Source: Phoronis australis
Taxonomy: Eukaryota > Animalia > Phoronida
Direction: 5' to 3'
Assembly (NCBI GenBank): GCA_002633005.1
Contig: NMRA01000254.1
Location: 494,533 to 558,532, forward strand
Length of the DNA stretch: 64,000 nt
Positions 39,233 through 54,200 of the stretch are shown in pieces. The translations under genes and the position numbers were made by a program. The stretch's first letter is position 1. Every line of letters starts with the position of its first letter. The notes under the pieces were generated by a model. That model ran no database searches. It was not told the origin of the DNA and was given only the letters and a program-made list of their open reading frames with translations.

Positions 39233-42200
39233 GTTTGGTAGGGGGCGCAGCTGTCAACTACTAGTGCTCGATTTACCCTTTGAGAGACCTGGCTAGGGCA
39301 ATTTTGTCAGGTAGTCCTAGGTTAAAACAACATTTCATTACGGATCGTCTACAATCCAATGAAAGTGGTTGTAAATTATCTTTCGCAAGCGAGGAATAAC
39401 AGACAAGGACAGTTTTGGTCAGTGCGTGATCAAAGAATCGGTCTACAAGACGCTAAAACTGGACTGTAAGGAGCATGACCGTGAGAGAGGGGGAATAGCG
39501 GGCCACCGATGGAAAAGGAAGTTTATTGTTATGTACAAAATTTGATATATGCCGCAAGATGTAGTTGTTACAGAGCACGTAAAACACAACCAAAAACATT
39601 TTAAACGCAAGAAGAGAGCAAACTTTATTACTGATTTATGCAAATATTGAAACTATACCAGAGCATTGCGTTCCATTCCCCAGGTAAACACTTTGGCAGC
39701 TGCACTGAGGTGAATGAACCAATGGTGTTGGAGCAGAAGGCTCCACAAGTGTTTTCGGCTGTTGCGCATTCGTTGATGTCTACGAATTTTTTATACAAAA
39801 TTACAATGCAACACTATATTCCAGTAAACCAGTAACCCCTTCGAACATGCGTAAAAGCAGTCAATTTGCAGGCTCCGCTATTGCTGCCATCGTGTTCACT
39901 TAGGAAATGTTTGCAGGCAAATTGTCACAGGTACAAAGTCCGAATTACTTTCACTTCTAATAGAATGTACAGTACCTGAGACGATTTTTCGTTTATACGC
40001 CATCTAAGCTTAGCCAACACTGGTCAGCTCAGAAGCGGCCCCAAATTTTTGTTGGCCTGTTTTTGTGTTCATTAAATCTATTTGTCCTAAATACTGGCAT
40101 TATACCAAGGCACTAGCACTGTGAATTATTCACTGGGTATCCTTTTGAAAACTGCTGCTGAGTGACGCACAGATATACATGCATATGTTCGAGCATATTG
40201 CCATGACGTCACAGCTGTGTGAAATCCCATGGTGTACTCACGCATCCATGGAAATGCGAGGCCTGGAAAGCCATAAATAGACTAACATGAAATATTGAAA
40301 GTGATTCTCTGTAACTGAAACAGAATTCAACCTGCTCACCTGGTATTTTTAGTGATTGTTGGTAAAGATTTTTAATTTCCTCTGTGGATATCACAGATTT
40401 TCCTTTTACATGTAGTTTCAAATTTCATAAAGAACGATCTGTCAACTGCTCACCACTTCGTCGAATTTTATCCCACAAGGCAAAGCACGTCTCCTTATTT
40501 CGTATGGAAAGACATAGATGTAGCACATTTCCGTTATGAAAACTGTGACCTTTGACCTCAAACGACTTCAAGCAACTGACTGTGAGCGCATGCGCGCATT
40601 TATCATAAACGGGAGGGCAATAAGAAAGTCTGTGGTAACCACAGAGTTTTACTTTTCGCGTATATCAAAAATCGTAAATTTTAAAAACTTTTTCTGGCAA
40701 TTTCCTCACAGGGGAAAGTGAAACTACTCTTCACAAGGCGTTGTAAGATCGTTTAAAAGTTATTTTTGATGAGCTTCAGCGGCCCACGCCACTTGAACAT
40801 GGTTATTGCGTTCAGCATTGGTATACTCAAGTAGAAGCAGTATTTTGGACAAGTGTAACTCTAAAAAATAGTTTCCTAAACCACTAATTTAAGGAAAAAG
40901 TTTTTTCAGTGCTTGCGATAAAATCCTCACCTCGGTATGGGTGTATTTTCCTTCGTAACCTTGTCATTTTTGCAATTGCAATTGTATTTTAATATTGGAA
41001 ATTTGCGTAATTTTAATGCGCCACTACAGAGTTGTGAATCTTGAAAATTTACCAGAGCATTGCGTTCCATTTCCTCGGTAACCACCTTGACAACTGCAAT
41101 TAAATGAGCCGTAAGTGTTCGAGCAAACCCCATTCACATCACAGCTGTGTTCCCCTGTTATGCACTCGTCGATATCTGGAAATGTTTGATCCAACATTAA
41201 CATAAAGGAAGGCGGTGGGGGCAGGGCTGCTAACTAAGTACTTTTCTTAACCATTAAACTATGCAGAATGTCCAGTTTTGTCAATGCTTTGTGATTAAAC
41301 CTTCACTTGGTATAGGCGTACTTCCCCTTCGCAACCACATCATTTAGTGAACTGCCTGTAATATACTTAACTCATATATTGTTTAGTAGTATTATCATTA
41401 AATGATGAAGTGTGTGAATGAGTGTGCGAGTGTGTGAGTGAAAGTCCTTGCCCCTTTTCCTTGTTCACCCTTTCACCCTTTAAAAATTATCAATGTATAT
41501 TATTGAAGAATAAAATTATGAAAAAAAAACTGCCATTGAATTTTAACAGTGATAATTTGTGTACATTCAACGCACCAATACTGGGATGCAAATTCTGAAA
41601 TGTTACCTGAGCATTGCACTCCATTTCCTTGGTAACCATCTTGACAACTACATTTAAATGAGCCACTGACGTTCGAACAGACGGCATTGACATTACAGTT
41701 GTGTTCTCCTGTTGCGCACTCGTCGATATCTGGAAATGTTTGATCCAAAATTAATATCAGCGAAGCAGGAAAGGCGGCAGGGCAGGGGAGCGAACAATCA
41801 GGTGATACGGGTCAGAGCAGCCCACTAAACAGAGGAGTGGATATAGGGGAGCCGGGAGGGAACGTGTCTCTAATAATTTGCGAGCTTGAAGGTAAAACAG
41901 GCGGAAGACTGCAGCGTCGGTAAATAAAAGAAATACACAAGGTAGAAAATATAATAATTCAGAGAACATTTATTTTTGAGCTAATAGAAATGCTTTCAAG
42001 CTTTATAGGGATTGGCAGGACATTTTTAGGTGGTCTAGTTTAAAACAACATTTGTGCTATTGATTGTCAATGTTCACTTGAAATCGAGGGTACAGAAAAA
42101 TTTTGGTGGGCTAGAAATAAAGTGCGGGAGTATTGTTGGTCCAAACTTGACGACAGAGCGTTTTGTCCGCGAGAAGCAAAACGTGGCCCAGGAGGGGAAA

Positions 42201-45200
42201 TGAGAATCCTAGAGTGGGCAATGGGATGGGCGAGAAAAAAATTGGGTGAGCTCGCGGGCCGCTCACGGACAGGGAAATCTATTATATAGGAAGTTTAATA
42301 TACCGCACGACGCTCTTGCTACAAAGCAGGCAAAAAACAAAAAAATTAGTTTTCTATTCAAATAGAATGCATCTTTATTACAGATTGATGTAAATGCTGA
42401 AACTGTACCTGAGCACTGCGTTCCATTTCCTTGATAACCACTTTGACAGCTGCAGTTGAATGAGCCAATAATGTTCGTGCAAACTGCATTCACATCGCAA
42501 TTGTTTTCTCCTGTTATGCATTCGTTGATATCTGTAAATATTTCATCCAAAATTTCGATGCAACAAGATATTTCAGTAGACGAGCGACTCCTCCATACTA
42601 GCGTAAAAGCAGGCAAGGGCAGCAAACACCACGTGTGTCAAATAAATTTGCGACATTGTTACCGTCGTGTTCACTATGAACTATTTGCACGTTACAATTA
42701 AATATGAGGAACACGAAGGGTTGACATCCGTCCACCTTGTAGGTCTGCATACAGTGCAGATGCAAAAGGTGATTACTTTTTTAAACATTCCCACTAAAGA
42801 GTGGTAAACTTAAAATGCCTCTAGGGGACGCATAGCATACATTGTATCAACAATGATCTTCTCAATAGGAAAAACCTGCAAAAACTAAAACTGGCACTAG
42901 GGATAGTCAGATACAGTACCGGTACGTCCAATTGTTTTCATTTGTCGTCCGGTTCAAACGAATACACTTGCCAACTTTCACAAAGATCATGGAGGGAGCA
43001 TCGATTGCGAAAAAAGCAAATTCACTCTAGGGGACGCCACAGTAGTAAAAAGTGTCGGAAAAGATTGAGTAATGCTCTTCCCAGTAGGAACACATTTGCC
43101 AATTTTCATAACGATTCTTAAAGTGGTTTGGCCAATAAAGAGATCAATGAACAAAACAAATCCATAGCTATTGAAAACGACGACTAGGAGGCGTACACTA
43201 CTTTAAATCCATCCGAAAACGAAAAGGTGTCATGACCAAGACAATGCAAACTCAAGTTATTTGCCAAGTTTTATAAAAAACACATCAAGGAATTCCAAAG
43301 ATACAGAATTCCCATAGTGTACTCATGCATCTATGGAAATGTTTGATCCTAAAGGCGACATTTACAATTATTGCGTTTAGCACTATTATATTCGAGTTGA
43401 AACAGTGTTTTGTACAAGTATATTACTACATATTACTTTGCTAAACCTCTAAACTATGGAGAATTCACAAAGAATATTAAGTGCCATTTATTAAACTTCA
43501 CTATCATAACTGCATCACCATGGCAATTGCAACTGAATTTCAACAGAGACATTTTGCATTCTTTCAATCCACAAGTATAATGAAATTTACCAGAGCATTG
43601 CGTTCCATTCCCTCTGTAGCCACCTTGACAACTACAGTTAAAAATGCCATTGATGTTCGAGCATACGGCATTGACATCGCAATTGTGTTCTCCTGTTGTG
43701 CACTCGTCGATATCTGAAAATATGCGATAAAAATCAATACAAGCGTAGGGGACGCGGTCAACGAGGCGTGAACCTCCTCTCCTGGGGTAAGGGTCAGCAC
43801 GCCACTAAATAGACAGGTAAGGAAAAGGGGCTGGGAGTATACATGTACTTACCTATAATAACTTGCAGGCGTACGGATGAAACCTTCGTGGAAACCAGCA
43901 CAGTTGTAGGTCGGGAGGTAGCATAGTTGCAGTGAAGAAAAGCAATACATAGAGAAACTTGTAGAAGCGCCAGTAATTTTTAGAACATTTGTTAACATCA
44001 ATATTGAATTAACCCTTTTGGGGGACTGTCCAAGAAATTTGATTTAAATGGCCCCAGTTTAAGACAATATTGCAGTATGGATCGTCTACGCTCAAATGCC
44101 ATATTTGGAATAAAATAGCTATGGCGATAGGAATGACGTCCTCAGCAGTGAAGGTACTTGTGCTACAAAAGAATACTTCTGCGAGACTCAAGATGTAACC
44201 CTAGAAGGGGAATGGTCGACCCAGAGATGGAATGGAGGGCGGGAGAGAAGTGTTTGGTACGAAGGCACACCCGATTGCGCTAACGGACAGAGGATTTTAT
44301 TGTCTTGTATACACTCATGGGCGGCGCACTATAGGGGCCTGGGGGCTACAGCCCCACTTTTTTCAGTGCTGCGCCGCCCATGGTCTATGAGCGGTGTACA
44401 ACAGGAGGGGGCTGGGGTTATAGCCCCTCTCTTTATTCTGTGCTGCACGTCCATGATACTACCATATATGCCGCACAATGAGGTTGCAGTAAAGCATGTC
44501 AGAGAAAACGACTTTCAAATCAACGTAAAAATTACTACTGAGTTATGGAAGTGCTGAAATTGTACCATAGCATTGTGTTCCATTCCCTTGGTAACCTCTT
44601 TGGCAGGAGCAGTTGAATGAGCCAATGGTGTTCAAGCAGACTGCTTTGACGTCACAGTTGTGTTGTGCTGCTGTGCACTCGTTGATATCTGAAAATTTTT
44701 TTATCCAAAATAAACATGCAACAAGATACTTATTATAAGTTAAATTAAACCGTTGGTAACTATAATTGAATTTCAACAGAGAGTATGTGCAGTCTTCCAG
44801 TACCCCACAACTGAGTTCTAAATGCTGAAATTTACCAGAGCATTGCGTTCCATTTCCTTGATAACCATCTTGACAACTACATTTAAATGAGCCATTGATG
44901 TTCGAACAGACTGCATTGACATCACAGTTGTGTTCTCCTGTTGCGCACTCGTCGATATCTGGAAATGTTTGATCCAAAATCAATATCAGCGAAGCAGGAA
45001 ATGCTGAAATTTACCAGAGCAATGCGTTCCATTTCCTTGATAACCATCTTGACAACTACAGTTAAATGAGCCATTGATGTTCGAACAGACGGCGTTGACA
45101 TCACAGTTGTGTTCTCCTGTTGCGCACTCGTCGATATCTAAAAATGTTTGACCTAAAGTTAATATCACCGAAGGAGGTGGGGACGGGGTGGAGGTTGAGC

Positions 45201-48200
45201 GACTCCGCTCCGCTTACTAAACAGAGAGTACATGTAAGGAGAAGAATGACCCTAAGCCAGCGTGAAAATGAAACTTTCGTCGCGGCCGGTATACTGTAGG
45301 CGTAGCGCGTGGGGTTGGGTATGCAGCAGCCAGTAAAAGAAATACACAACGAGAAATGTAGAAGAGATTATAATAGAGAGATCATTTGTCAACTACGTCG
45401 TACCATTCTTGTATTTATCCTTTATTAGGTGACCAAATTTAAAACAACATTTCGTCTTGGATTGACTAAATTCACTTGAAATCGGGCGCATAGAATACAT
45501 GTAGCTTTGGCGAGCAACGAAGGAATAACATGCCGGAACATTGTTGGTCCGTCTCGTTGGTTCCCTGCGTGCCGAGTCAGCATGCTCGCTGGTCCCTACG
45601 TGCCGAGTCAGCATGCTCGCTGGTCCCTACGTGCCTAGCCAGCACGCAAGTATCACGCAGCGGCACGCGCTTTAGCATTGGTGTATGTAACCTTAGCAGC
45701 CATTGGTTAGCTTTACAACACCGTGAAAAAATGGCGGACTGTGAACGACTTTGGCGTCGCAGCAACAAATTCTTTTCTGCAGTGATGTTTAGTAGCCGAA
45801 TGCTTGAAGCACATACATGCACAATAAACACATGTCTGGCCTATTTAAGCGATCTGTGTACTGTATGAATACAGGACAGTATCGTAAACCAAAAGTCATC
45901 GACAGGTGAAAGATGTATTCTGAAAAGGTGCAACCACAATTTCTAGGATTCACATTTCCTGAACATAAATTTCAAGCCCCGATTTGTCTGTACAACAGAC
46001 CTCATTTGCACTTCAGTCCCTCAGTCATGCCAGCATAGACAATAGATTATCTATGATGCCAGCTTGTTTGCGCAAAGCGCTGCCTGTTGAGGATTCGACT
46101 AGCCATTCAGAAACGCCAGTGTAAAAAAATTCCCGAGGTAAATTAAGTGATACCTGCGTGCTGACTACCACGCAGAGAACCAGCGAGATCCGTCCGTGAG
46201 ACCAATGAAAGTGGTCCAGGAAGGGAAATGAGTATGAAAGAGGAAAATAGCGTGCGATAAACAAGGTTTTTGTGCATGGGCTGACCACATCGCGATCCGC
46301 GCTTGGGCACTGAGAGAACTCTAGGTGCCGAGTCATGCATAAGGTACAACATATGCCGTACGAGGTGATTTCTACAAATCATGAAAGAAATCAAATGGAT
46401 TTGTATGCTAGGAGATTGCAAGCTTTATGTCACTACTGAAATTGTACCTGAGCAAATCGTTCCATTCCCTAGGTAACCTGTTTGACAGGTGCAGATGAAT
46501 GAGCCAACGGTGTTCGAGCAGGCCGCATTGACGTCACAGTTGTGTCCTCCTGTTGTGCATTCGTTGATATCTACAAACGTCTCTTTCAAAATTACGATGC
46601 AAAAAGATCTTTCAGTAACTCCCTCGTACTACAATTTTGAAGGGAAGCAATCTGTGCGTTTGTCGAATAAATTTGTGACAGTGTTCACGTTGGGTTCATT
46701 AAGGTCAACATGTACATTTGCTTGTTGATTGTCAATTTAACTAGGAATGGCCAGGCATGTGCAGTGGTGCGCAAATGCCGGTTTTTTGGCCGTTATTGAT
46801 TTCATCAAACCCATCTCTCCTAAATACTAAAATTGTACCTGTCCACTGCGTTCCATTTTTGTTAACAACAAACGCTGTTGGATGACCCACACGTTTCAGA
46901 GCAGTCGCGAATTCCCAGTATGCCCTGATCACCAATGCTTTGTCTTCAAGTCCATCTCTCAAACTGCCCATGTGGTTCCAGTATCCGAAAATACTTACTA
47001 CATAAAATCTTATTTTCGACACCCTGTCTTTATATTCTTTTCGCCTTTCTTGCCAAAAACGATTTTTGAACAGTACATGTATTTGCGACTTCTCTCTGAG
47101 CGTATGATTACCGGTTGTCATCGGTTATTTCCGTACCCACATTTCAGGCTCATTAGTTCAGGAACTTGTCTTGAACGCCGCCATTTTTTCCTTGTAACTG
47201 AATGTGCTATCGCTTGCTCGAAAAGTCTTCATTATTTTGTTTTATTTGTAATATCTCGTGATTCGTTTGCATATGTACTGTATTTATAGTTTGTAGTTAG
47301 TGGTCGTTGATTTTTTTTGGAATGTTACGCGTACTTAGTAGGTTAAAATAGCATTGGTGTTTAGTTCCTTACGTAGGCCGGTGGAACCTAGGAACCAATA
47401 TGAGTAGAAACAAATTTTTTCGGTTTTATTTTTTTCTCGTTTTGAAAAAGTACTTTGCTATCATCGGAAAGGTAGTGCATTCTACTCAGTAAAAATCGAA
47501 AAGGTATCAAAATCGGGGCAAGCAGTGTAAAGTTATTGCAAGTTTTGTGGCGAAATTTGGGTCACTTTGTTTGGATCGCGTCAGCCATATTATTTGGAGG
47601 ACAGCGGGATAAGTTACGAGTTCAAAAATTTGTGTGAATTGTTTTCGCCAACAAATTACGGTGAAATTTAGTTAGACATATGTTTACTTACTATTCTGCA
47701 CGATTTAACAGTGTTCACCAAATTTCAGCCTCGCAGTTGTTACTCATTAAGTGATAAATGTGCTCACAATTCCCGCTGGACCGACAACATGGCGACTTTT
47801 GCTGAACTGAAAGGCATGTTCAATCGGGTACTTTGTAATTTGTGAAGATTAAACGTTGATAAATTTTGACAAACGTTGCTACAAAAAAGAAACTTTGTTC
47901 AATTTTCGTGTTTTTGTGAAAAAATATAAGATGTATTCGAATTATTTTACTGTAAATTTCCCATTCAGGTGATCTTACACTAAGTTAAAAAATAGTTCAA
48001 ATAATTTTGAAATGGTTTTTTGTTTGACTGTCAACTGCTGTTCAGGACTTGATTCGGTGTCACAAAATGATTCATATTTTTCTAAATTTAAAGTTTTAAT
48101 TGTTTTCAAGTCATGTTTTGTAACTTATTGCTTCTTAATTCAGGTTATCAACTCAACAATATGAATAATCTTAATTTGAGAAATAAGCTATGTTGGACTG

Positions 48201-51200
48201 TGAAGTTTCAAGCCTCTAATTCTTGTTCCTTGCAACTTCATATTTTTTTAAATGATGCTTGTCAAATTCTGGTGTGAGGAAACGCTATTCCATCACCATG
48301 GTAATAGTTACATGTATGTCCACTTTCATATCGTGGAAACTTGCTGTTGATTAGTGTTTGTAATGCTAAATGTTGTAAAGTATTGTGCATTTTAAGTTAC
48401 GTATTATGTTAAAAGTTTGAATCATTTTGGGTTAATGAATGAAAATGATAACATTTTGTATTGGACTTCTCATACTTATGTGCTCTAACGAGCCCTTTTT
48501 GGAGAACTGGAAAAAGGTCTGCCTCAGTCAGAGAAGCCCGAATTCCGGAAAAAGTAGAAAATGAGACAAAATTCCACTAGAAGACAGGAAGTACCAAAAT
48601 TTAGCGTCTGCAATTCATACATAGCTCTGAACATACCCACCGAATCTTATAGTAAAAGATAGACATTGCCAAAAATTCCAGCCCCCCATTCTTTTAGGCT
48701 TGGTGCGCTCATACAAAATTTGGGAAAATCTATATTGAAAGCCAATAACTTTGCACAGTTCGCCAGAAGTACCCAAGTTCTGAATAAACCTCGTTTGAGC
48801 GAGCGCTGTGGCCAGCGACCAGTTAGGCCTAAGGGTAGCCTTGGCGCAAAGCTGTATAGGCCTACTAACAAGCACTGAGGCTAACTAAGGTCTGTCGCGG
48901 CAGTGTGACACAGGACTAACCAGCCCTTAATTTCATGCAAGTGTCTGAAACTACCTTTGAATAAATGCAGATTTATGATTTGACCATTTTACTTCGACAA
49001 AACAACTTGCAACCGCATGCGTTTACCGTTCGCCAGTGTTTGGTCTCGACGGGCACTGGGTCCGATAGGCTGCGGTCCCGAGTCTGGCAAAATAATTTCT
49101 GTCAAAATTTATTCGCCACATTGCTTCAGCAAATTCGATAAAACTGTCCGTATTTTGATTTTATTAAAATTAAGGTGCGCTGTTGATTATTTTATTCCCG
49201 TTTGCAGGCTTGTAACAGGCACTCACATTGACGGCGTTTTCTTAGCCTAGGTTCCTGAATGAATTGTACTTCCGGGTTCGCGGCAAGTTCAAAATAGCGG
49301 TGGTTCTTCGGGTGCGAATCGTGAGTGGCGCGTTCATTTAAACTTTTTTCGAGTACGGATCGTGTATTAGCTATGGGGTAGGTACTTCTTGGATCCTTAT
49401 AACATCCTCTAACCATGTAGTAAGGGTTAACAACGCGCCAGGTTTAACATAATTATCGCGTTCAGAATTACCTTGCTCGAAACAAAAACTATGCAGGACA
49501 AGCTAGTTTAACTCCACAAACTTCTTTCCTAAACTTTCAGTGTATGGAAAATACATGTGGATACTCAAGTTTTTGTCGTTGCATCGTGATCAACATTTCA
49601 TTTCCGTATGAGCACTCATTACGTTCGTAACCACCTACAACTGGATTTCAATAGCGGCAACTGCATACTTTCAATGCACCACTAGATGTTGAAATTGTAC
49701 CAGAGCACTGCGTCCCATTTCCTTGGAAACCACTGTTACAGCTACAGTTGAATGAACCAAAGGTGTTTGAGCAGACGGCTTTGGCGTTACAGTTGTGTTC
49801 TCCTGTTCTGCATTCGTTGATATCTGAAAAAGTTTGACTCGAAATTGGTGCAAGCGCAAGAGTTCAGGGTTGGGAGGGGCAAGCAACGCTCACTGAACAG
49901 AGAGGTAGGAAAATGGGGAACGTAAAGATACGTGCTCATGTTAACTTACTGTAAGTTACAGCCATAGGGAACAGACAAGGCAGTCACGAACTGAAAGACA
50001 CAGTGAACCACAACTTTTAAAAGAGAATATCTGCCAACAGCATCAGACTCACCTGGATTTGGCCAGGACATTCTGTTAGGGAACGGCACACTTTTAACAA
50101 AATCGGAGTGGATCGTCTGCGCTCCGACTTTAAAGCCAGATAACAGAATTGCTTTGGCGAGCAAGGTATACGTGTAATTTGTGGGAGAATCGTTCAATTG
50201 TCAGTGAGAGGCAAAATTGTCTAGGAAGGGGAATGAGCGTGCGCGACAGGGAATAGCATATGTGAGAGAATTTTGCGCTCGGTCATATCAGATTTTGAGC
50301 CTGGCGCAGGCGCGGAAGTCTGGGTGCCTTGTCATCTACAGAGCACGATGTATACCTGACGCTATGTTTGCTGCAAAGCATGTAACTTTCAAGAAAACAA
50401 AAAATAAATGTGATTTTCTTTGCCAATAGATGGCATACTAATGCGCTTTGTAAATGCTGAAATTGTACCTGAGCATTGTGTTCCATTCCCCGTGTAACCA
50501 CTTTGACATCTGCAGTTGAATGAGCCAACGGTATTTGAACAGATTGCATTGCCGTCACAATTGTGTTGAGAAGATGTACATTCGTCGTAATCTAGTAATA
50601 TTTGGTTCGAAATTAAGATGCAACAAGACATTTTAGTTGAAACGTAACTCAATGGTATTGGCGTACAGGCAAAATTAGTAATTAAATCAATGCTGCATTT
50701 GTCAATGAATTAATGATATTTTTCCTGACATGTTCATTTGAAGCTATTTGCCCATTTGCAGTAAGAATGTCACCATTCTCTCGTTAATCCACTTTCGAAA
50801 CTACAACTGAATTTCAAGAGACGGGGAAATTGCATGCTTTCACTGTATTACAACTGAGTTCTAAATGCTGAAATTGCACCTGAGCATTTCGTTCCATCCC
50901 CCTGGTAACCACTTCGACAACTACATTTAAATGAGCCAATGGTGTTCGAGCATACCGCATTGACATCGCAATTGTCTTCGGCTGTTGTGCATTCGTTGAT
51001 ATCTGCAGTAGAAACATTCGAAAATTCATTATTGCACGGATTATATAGTTAATGCAAAACACTATCGAGTTCGTGTAAAAGCAGGCAATTTGCAAAGAAA
51101 GTCATGACATATTTGACAAATATATAAGTGACATCATTTCTGTGTTTGTTAGGAAGTGTTTTCAACATTTTGACCATAAAACCATTTGGCACTTTTCGCG

Positions 51201-54200
51201 ACAGGTACATTTCATAAAAAACACAAACTTTACATGCAGTAGGAAGAAAGAGCTTTTGTCAGTGCCTCACGTGCACTTGTTAACAAAGGCAATCTCCCAT
51301 TTACAATTCAGTTTTTTGTGTCTTAATTTTCGTTTGATGAAAATTAACTCCCTTAAATATTGAAAGTGTACCCGTGCACAGCGTTCCATTTCCTTGGAAT
51401 CCAGCATGACAACTACAGTTGAATGACCCAAAGATGTTCCAGCAGAGGGCATTAGCGTCGCAGTTGTGTATGCCCATGGTGCATTCATTCATATCTACAT
51501 GTAGAAATATGTGGTATAAAAGGGAGGTCTTACATTATTATTGCTCTCAGAACTATTGCATTCCGGTCGAAACAATAGTCTTGGCAATGGGTCTTTACGT
51601 TACATGTTATATTCGAAAAGCATTGCACGGCTTCCATGACAAGTAGGTTATTTAAAGATTACTTCCATAAGCTTTTCTACTGTATAGAACAGATCTTCAT
51701 TTTGTCAGTACCTCATGGTAAACGTTTCATGTTAGTATCAAATTCTTTTTGCTCTGTATTGAATTTCACAAAACCTATCAAACCTACACCATGAAACTAT
51801 TCCTAACTGTACGGCGTCTCATTCTCTTGATGACCAGTCCAGCAATAGAATGAGCCACTGGTGAGCAGATGACATAGCTCAGGAAAATGTTCAAGTGAGT
51901 CAGTTAAGGAATCATATCCGTGAAGTGCCAAGGACGTGTTTGCAACAATGCTCGCAAGAAAAAAGTCAACCGAGGTTACCCGGATGGTGCATAAAAGTCA
52001 CTACATGGTTCTAAACAATGAAAATATACCAGAGCATTGCGTTCCATTTCCATGGTAACCACTTTGACAACTGCAGTTGAATGAGCCAATGGTGTTCATG
52101 CAGACTGCGTTGACGTCACAGTTGTGTGTTCCTGTTGTGCATTCGTCGATATCTAGAAAACATTTGGATCGAGGTTAAAGAAAATAAATCCCGCTTTCTG
52201 TTAAAAACACGTGTAGTAAAATCGGTCATATTTTTCCCTATTCCAGCTTCAAAAGACTTATAATGTTATAAAGAAGAACCGAGAACCAGAGTTAAATGCT
52301 TCATGCCATGTCACTACGGGTTATTTTAAGTCACCACGGCATCATGGTAGTCAGGGTTAATGCCAAGCGATTTGCTTAAATTTTATTTGTTATTCAAACT
52401 GGCGATAAGAATGCAAAACCGTTTGTTTGGAATTGCATTTACGCCTGTTAAGAAAGCTGAATTTGAATTAAAGTGGCTTTAAAAAAGAACATTTTTAGAC
52501 AAAAATAGTGCTCATGGTCTGATGTCTTTTGCGGTCCATCAGACACGCGCAGGCTTCATGGTTGTGCCCAGTACACAAAACACCTGAGCCAAAACTCACA
52601 GCAGCCCTAGGACAGATCAGCAGCTTCTCTGTAAAACAAGTTTTTTGTCCGCTTGTATCGTTTACGAGAACGGAGTTACTTGTGACGCCAATGTAAATGG
52701 CCTTGTCTTCAGAATCAAGGTGTTAACCATTCAGCGTTCATTTAAAGGCTGCATATGAGCATAACCACCCTACCATCGATTTCTAAGCAAAAAATCTGCT
52801 GCTGTATTCAGTGCTGTCTGAGTAAGGTAGCGTCATTTGTCAGGATGGATGCTTGCCACACTGAGAACAATATTATCTGCAAATGCTTGCTTGTAGAACC
52901 TTGGACCCATGTCAGCCGATAACTGTCCATAACCCTGTTGAAGAGGGTGGGTGTTCCCCTGGTGATGAGAAAGGCCACACTGGCACCCTCCAGACAAGCA
53001 GTCGCTGAGCACTTTGATAATCGGCCTGGTAAGACACCATTTCAAAGTCGTTCAGTGCAACTCNAGATTGCAAGCTTTATGTCACTACTGAAATTGTACC
53101 TGAGCAAATCGTCCCATTCCCTAGGTAACCTGTTTGACAGGTGCAGATGAATGAGCCAACGGTGTTCGAGCAGACTGCATTGACGTCACAGTTGTGTCCT
53201 CCTGTTGTGCATTCGTTGATATCTACAAACGTCTCTTTCAAAATTACGATGCAAGATCTTTCAGTAACTCCCTCGTACTTGCGTAAAAGCACACAATTTC
53301 CAAGGGAAGCAATCTGTGCGTTTGTCGAATAAATTTGTGACATTGGGTTCATTAAGGTCAACATGTAAATTTGCTTGTTGCTTGTCAATTTAACTAGAAA
53401 TGGCCAGGCATGTGTAGTGGTGCGCAAATGCCGTTTTTTTTGGCCGTTATTGATTTCATCGAACCCGTCTCTCCTAAATACTAAAATTGTACCTGAGTGT
53501 GCACTGCATTACATTTTTGGTAACCATTCGGACAAACGCTGCTGGATGACCCACAAATTTCAGAGCAGTCGTGAATTCCCACTATGCCCTTATCACCCAT
53601 GCTTTGTCTTAAATGCCAGGTTTAACATAAATATGGCGCTCAGAATTACCTTACTCTAAGGAAAAACTATTCAGGACAAGCTAGTATAACTCCACAAACT
53701 ATTTTCCTAAACTTTCAATGTATGGAGAACACATGTGGATACTCAAGTTTTTGTCGTTGCATCGTGATAAACATTTCATTTCCGTATGAGCACTCATTAC
53801 GTTGGTAACCACCTACAACTGAATTTCAATAGCGGCAACTGCATACTTTCAATGCACCACTAAATGTTGAAATTGTACCATAGCACTGCGTCCCATTTCC
53901 TTGGAAACCACTGTTACAGCTACAGTTGAATGAACCAAAGGTGTTTGAGCAGACGGCTTTGGCGTTACAGTTGTGTTCTCCTGTTCTGCATTCGTTGATA
54001 TCTGAAAAAGTTTGACTCAAAATTGGTGTAAGCGCAAGAGTTCAGGGTTGGGAGGGGCAAGCAACGCCCACTAAACAGAGAGGTAGGAAAATGGGGAGCG
54101 TAAAGATGTGTGCCCCTGTTAACTTACAGTCGGTGAGGGTGAAATCCTCATGGCGACAGCCATAGGGGATAGGCAAGGCAGTCACGATCTGAAAGACCCA

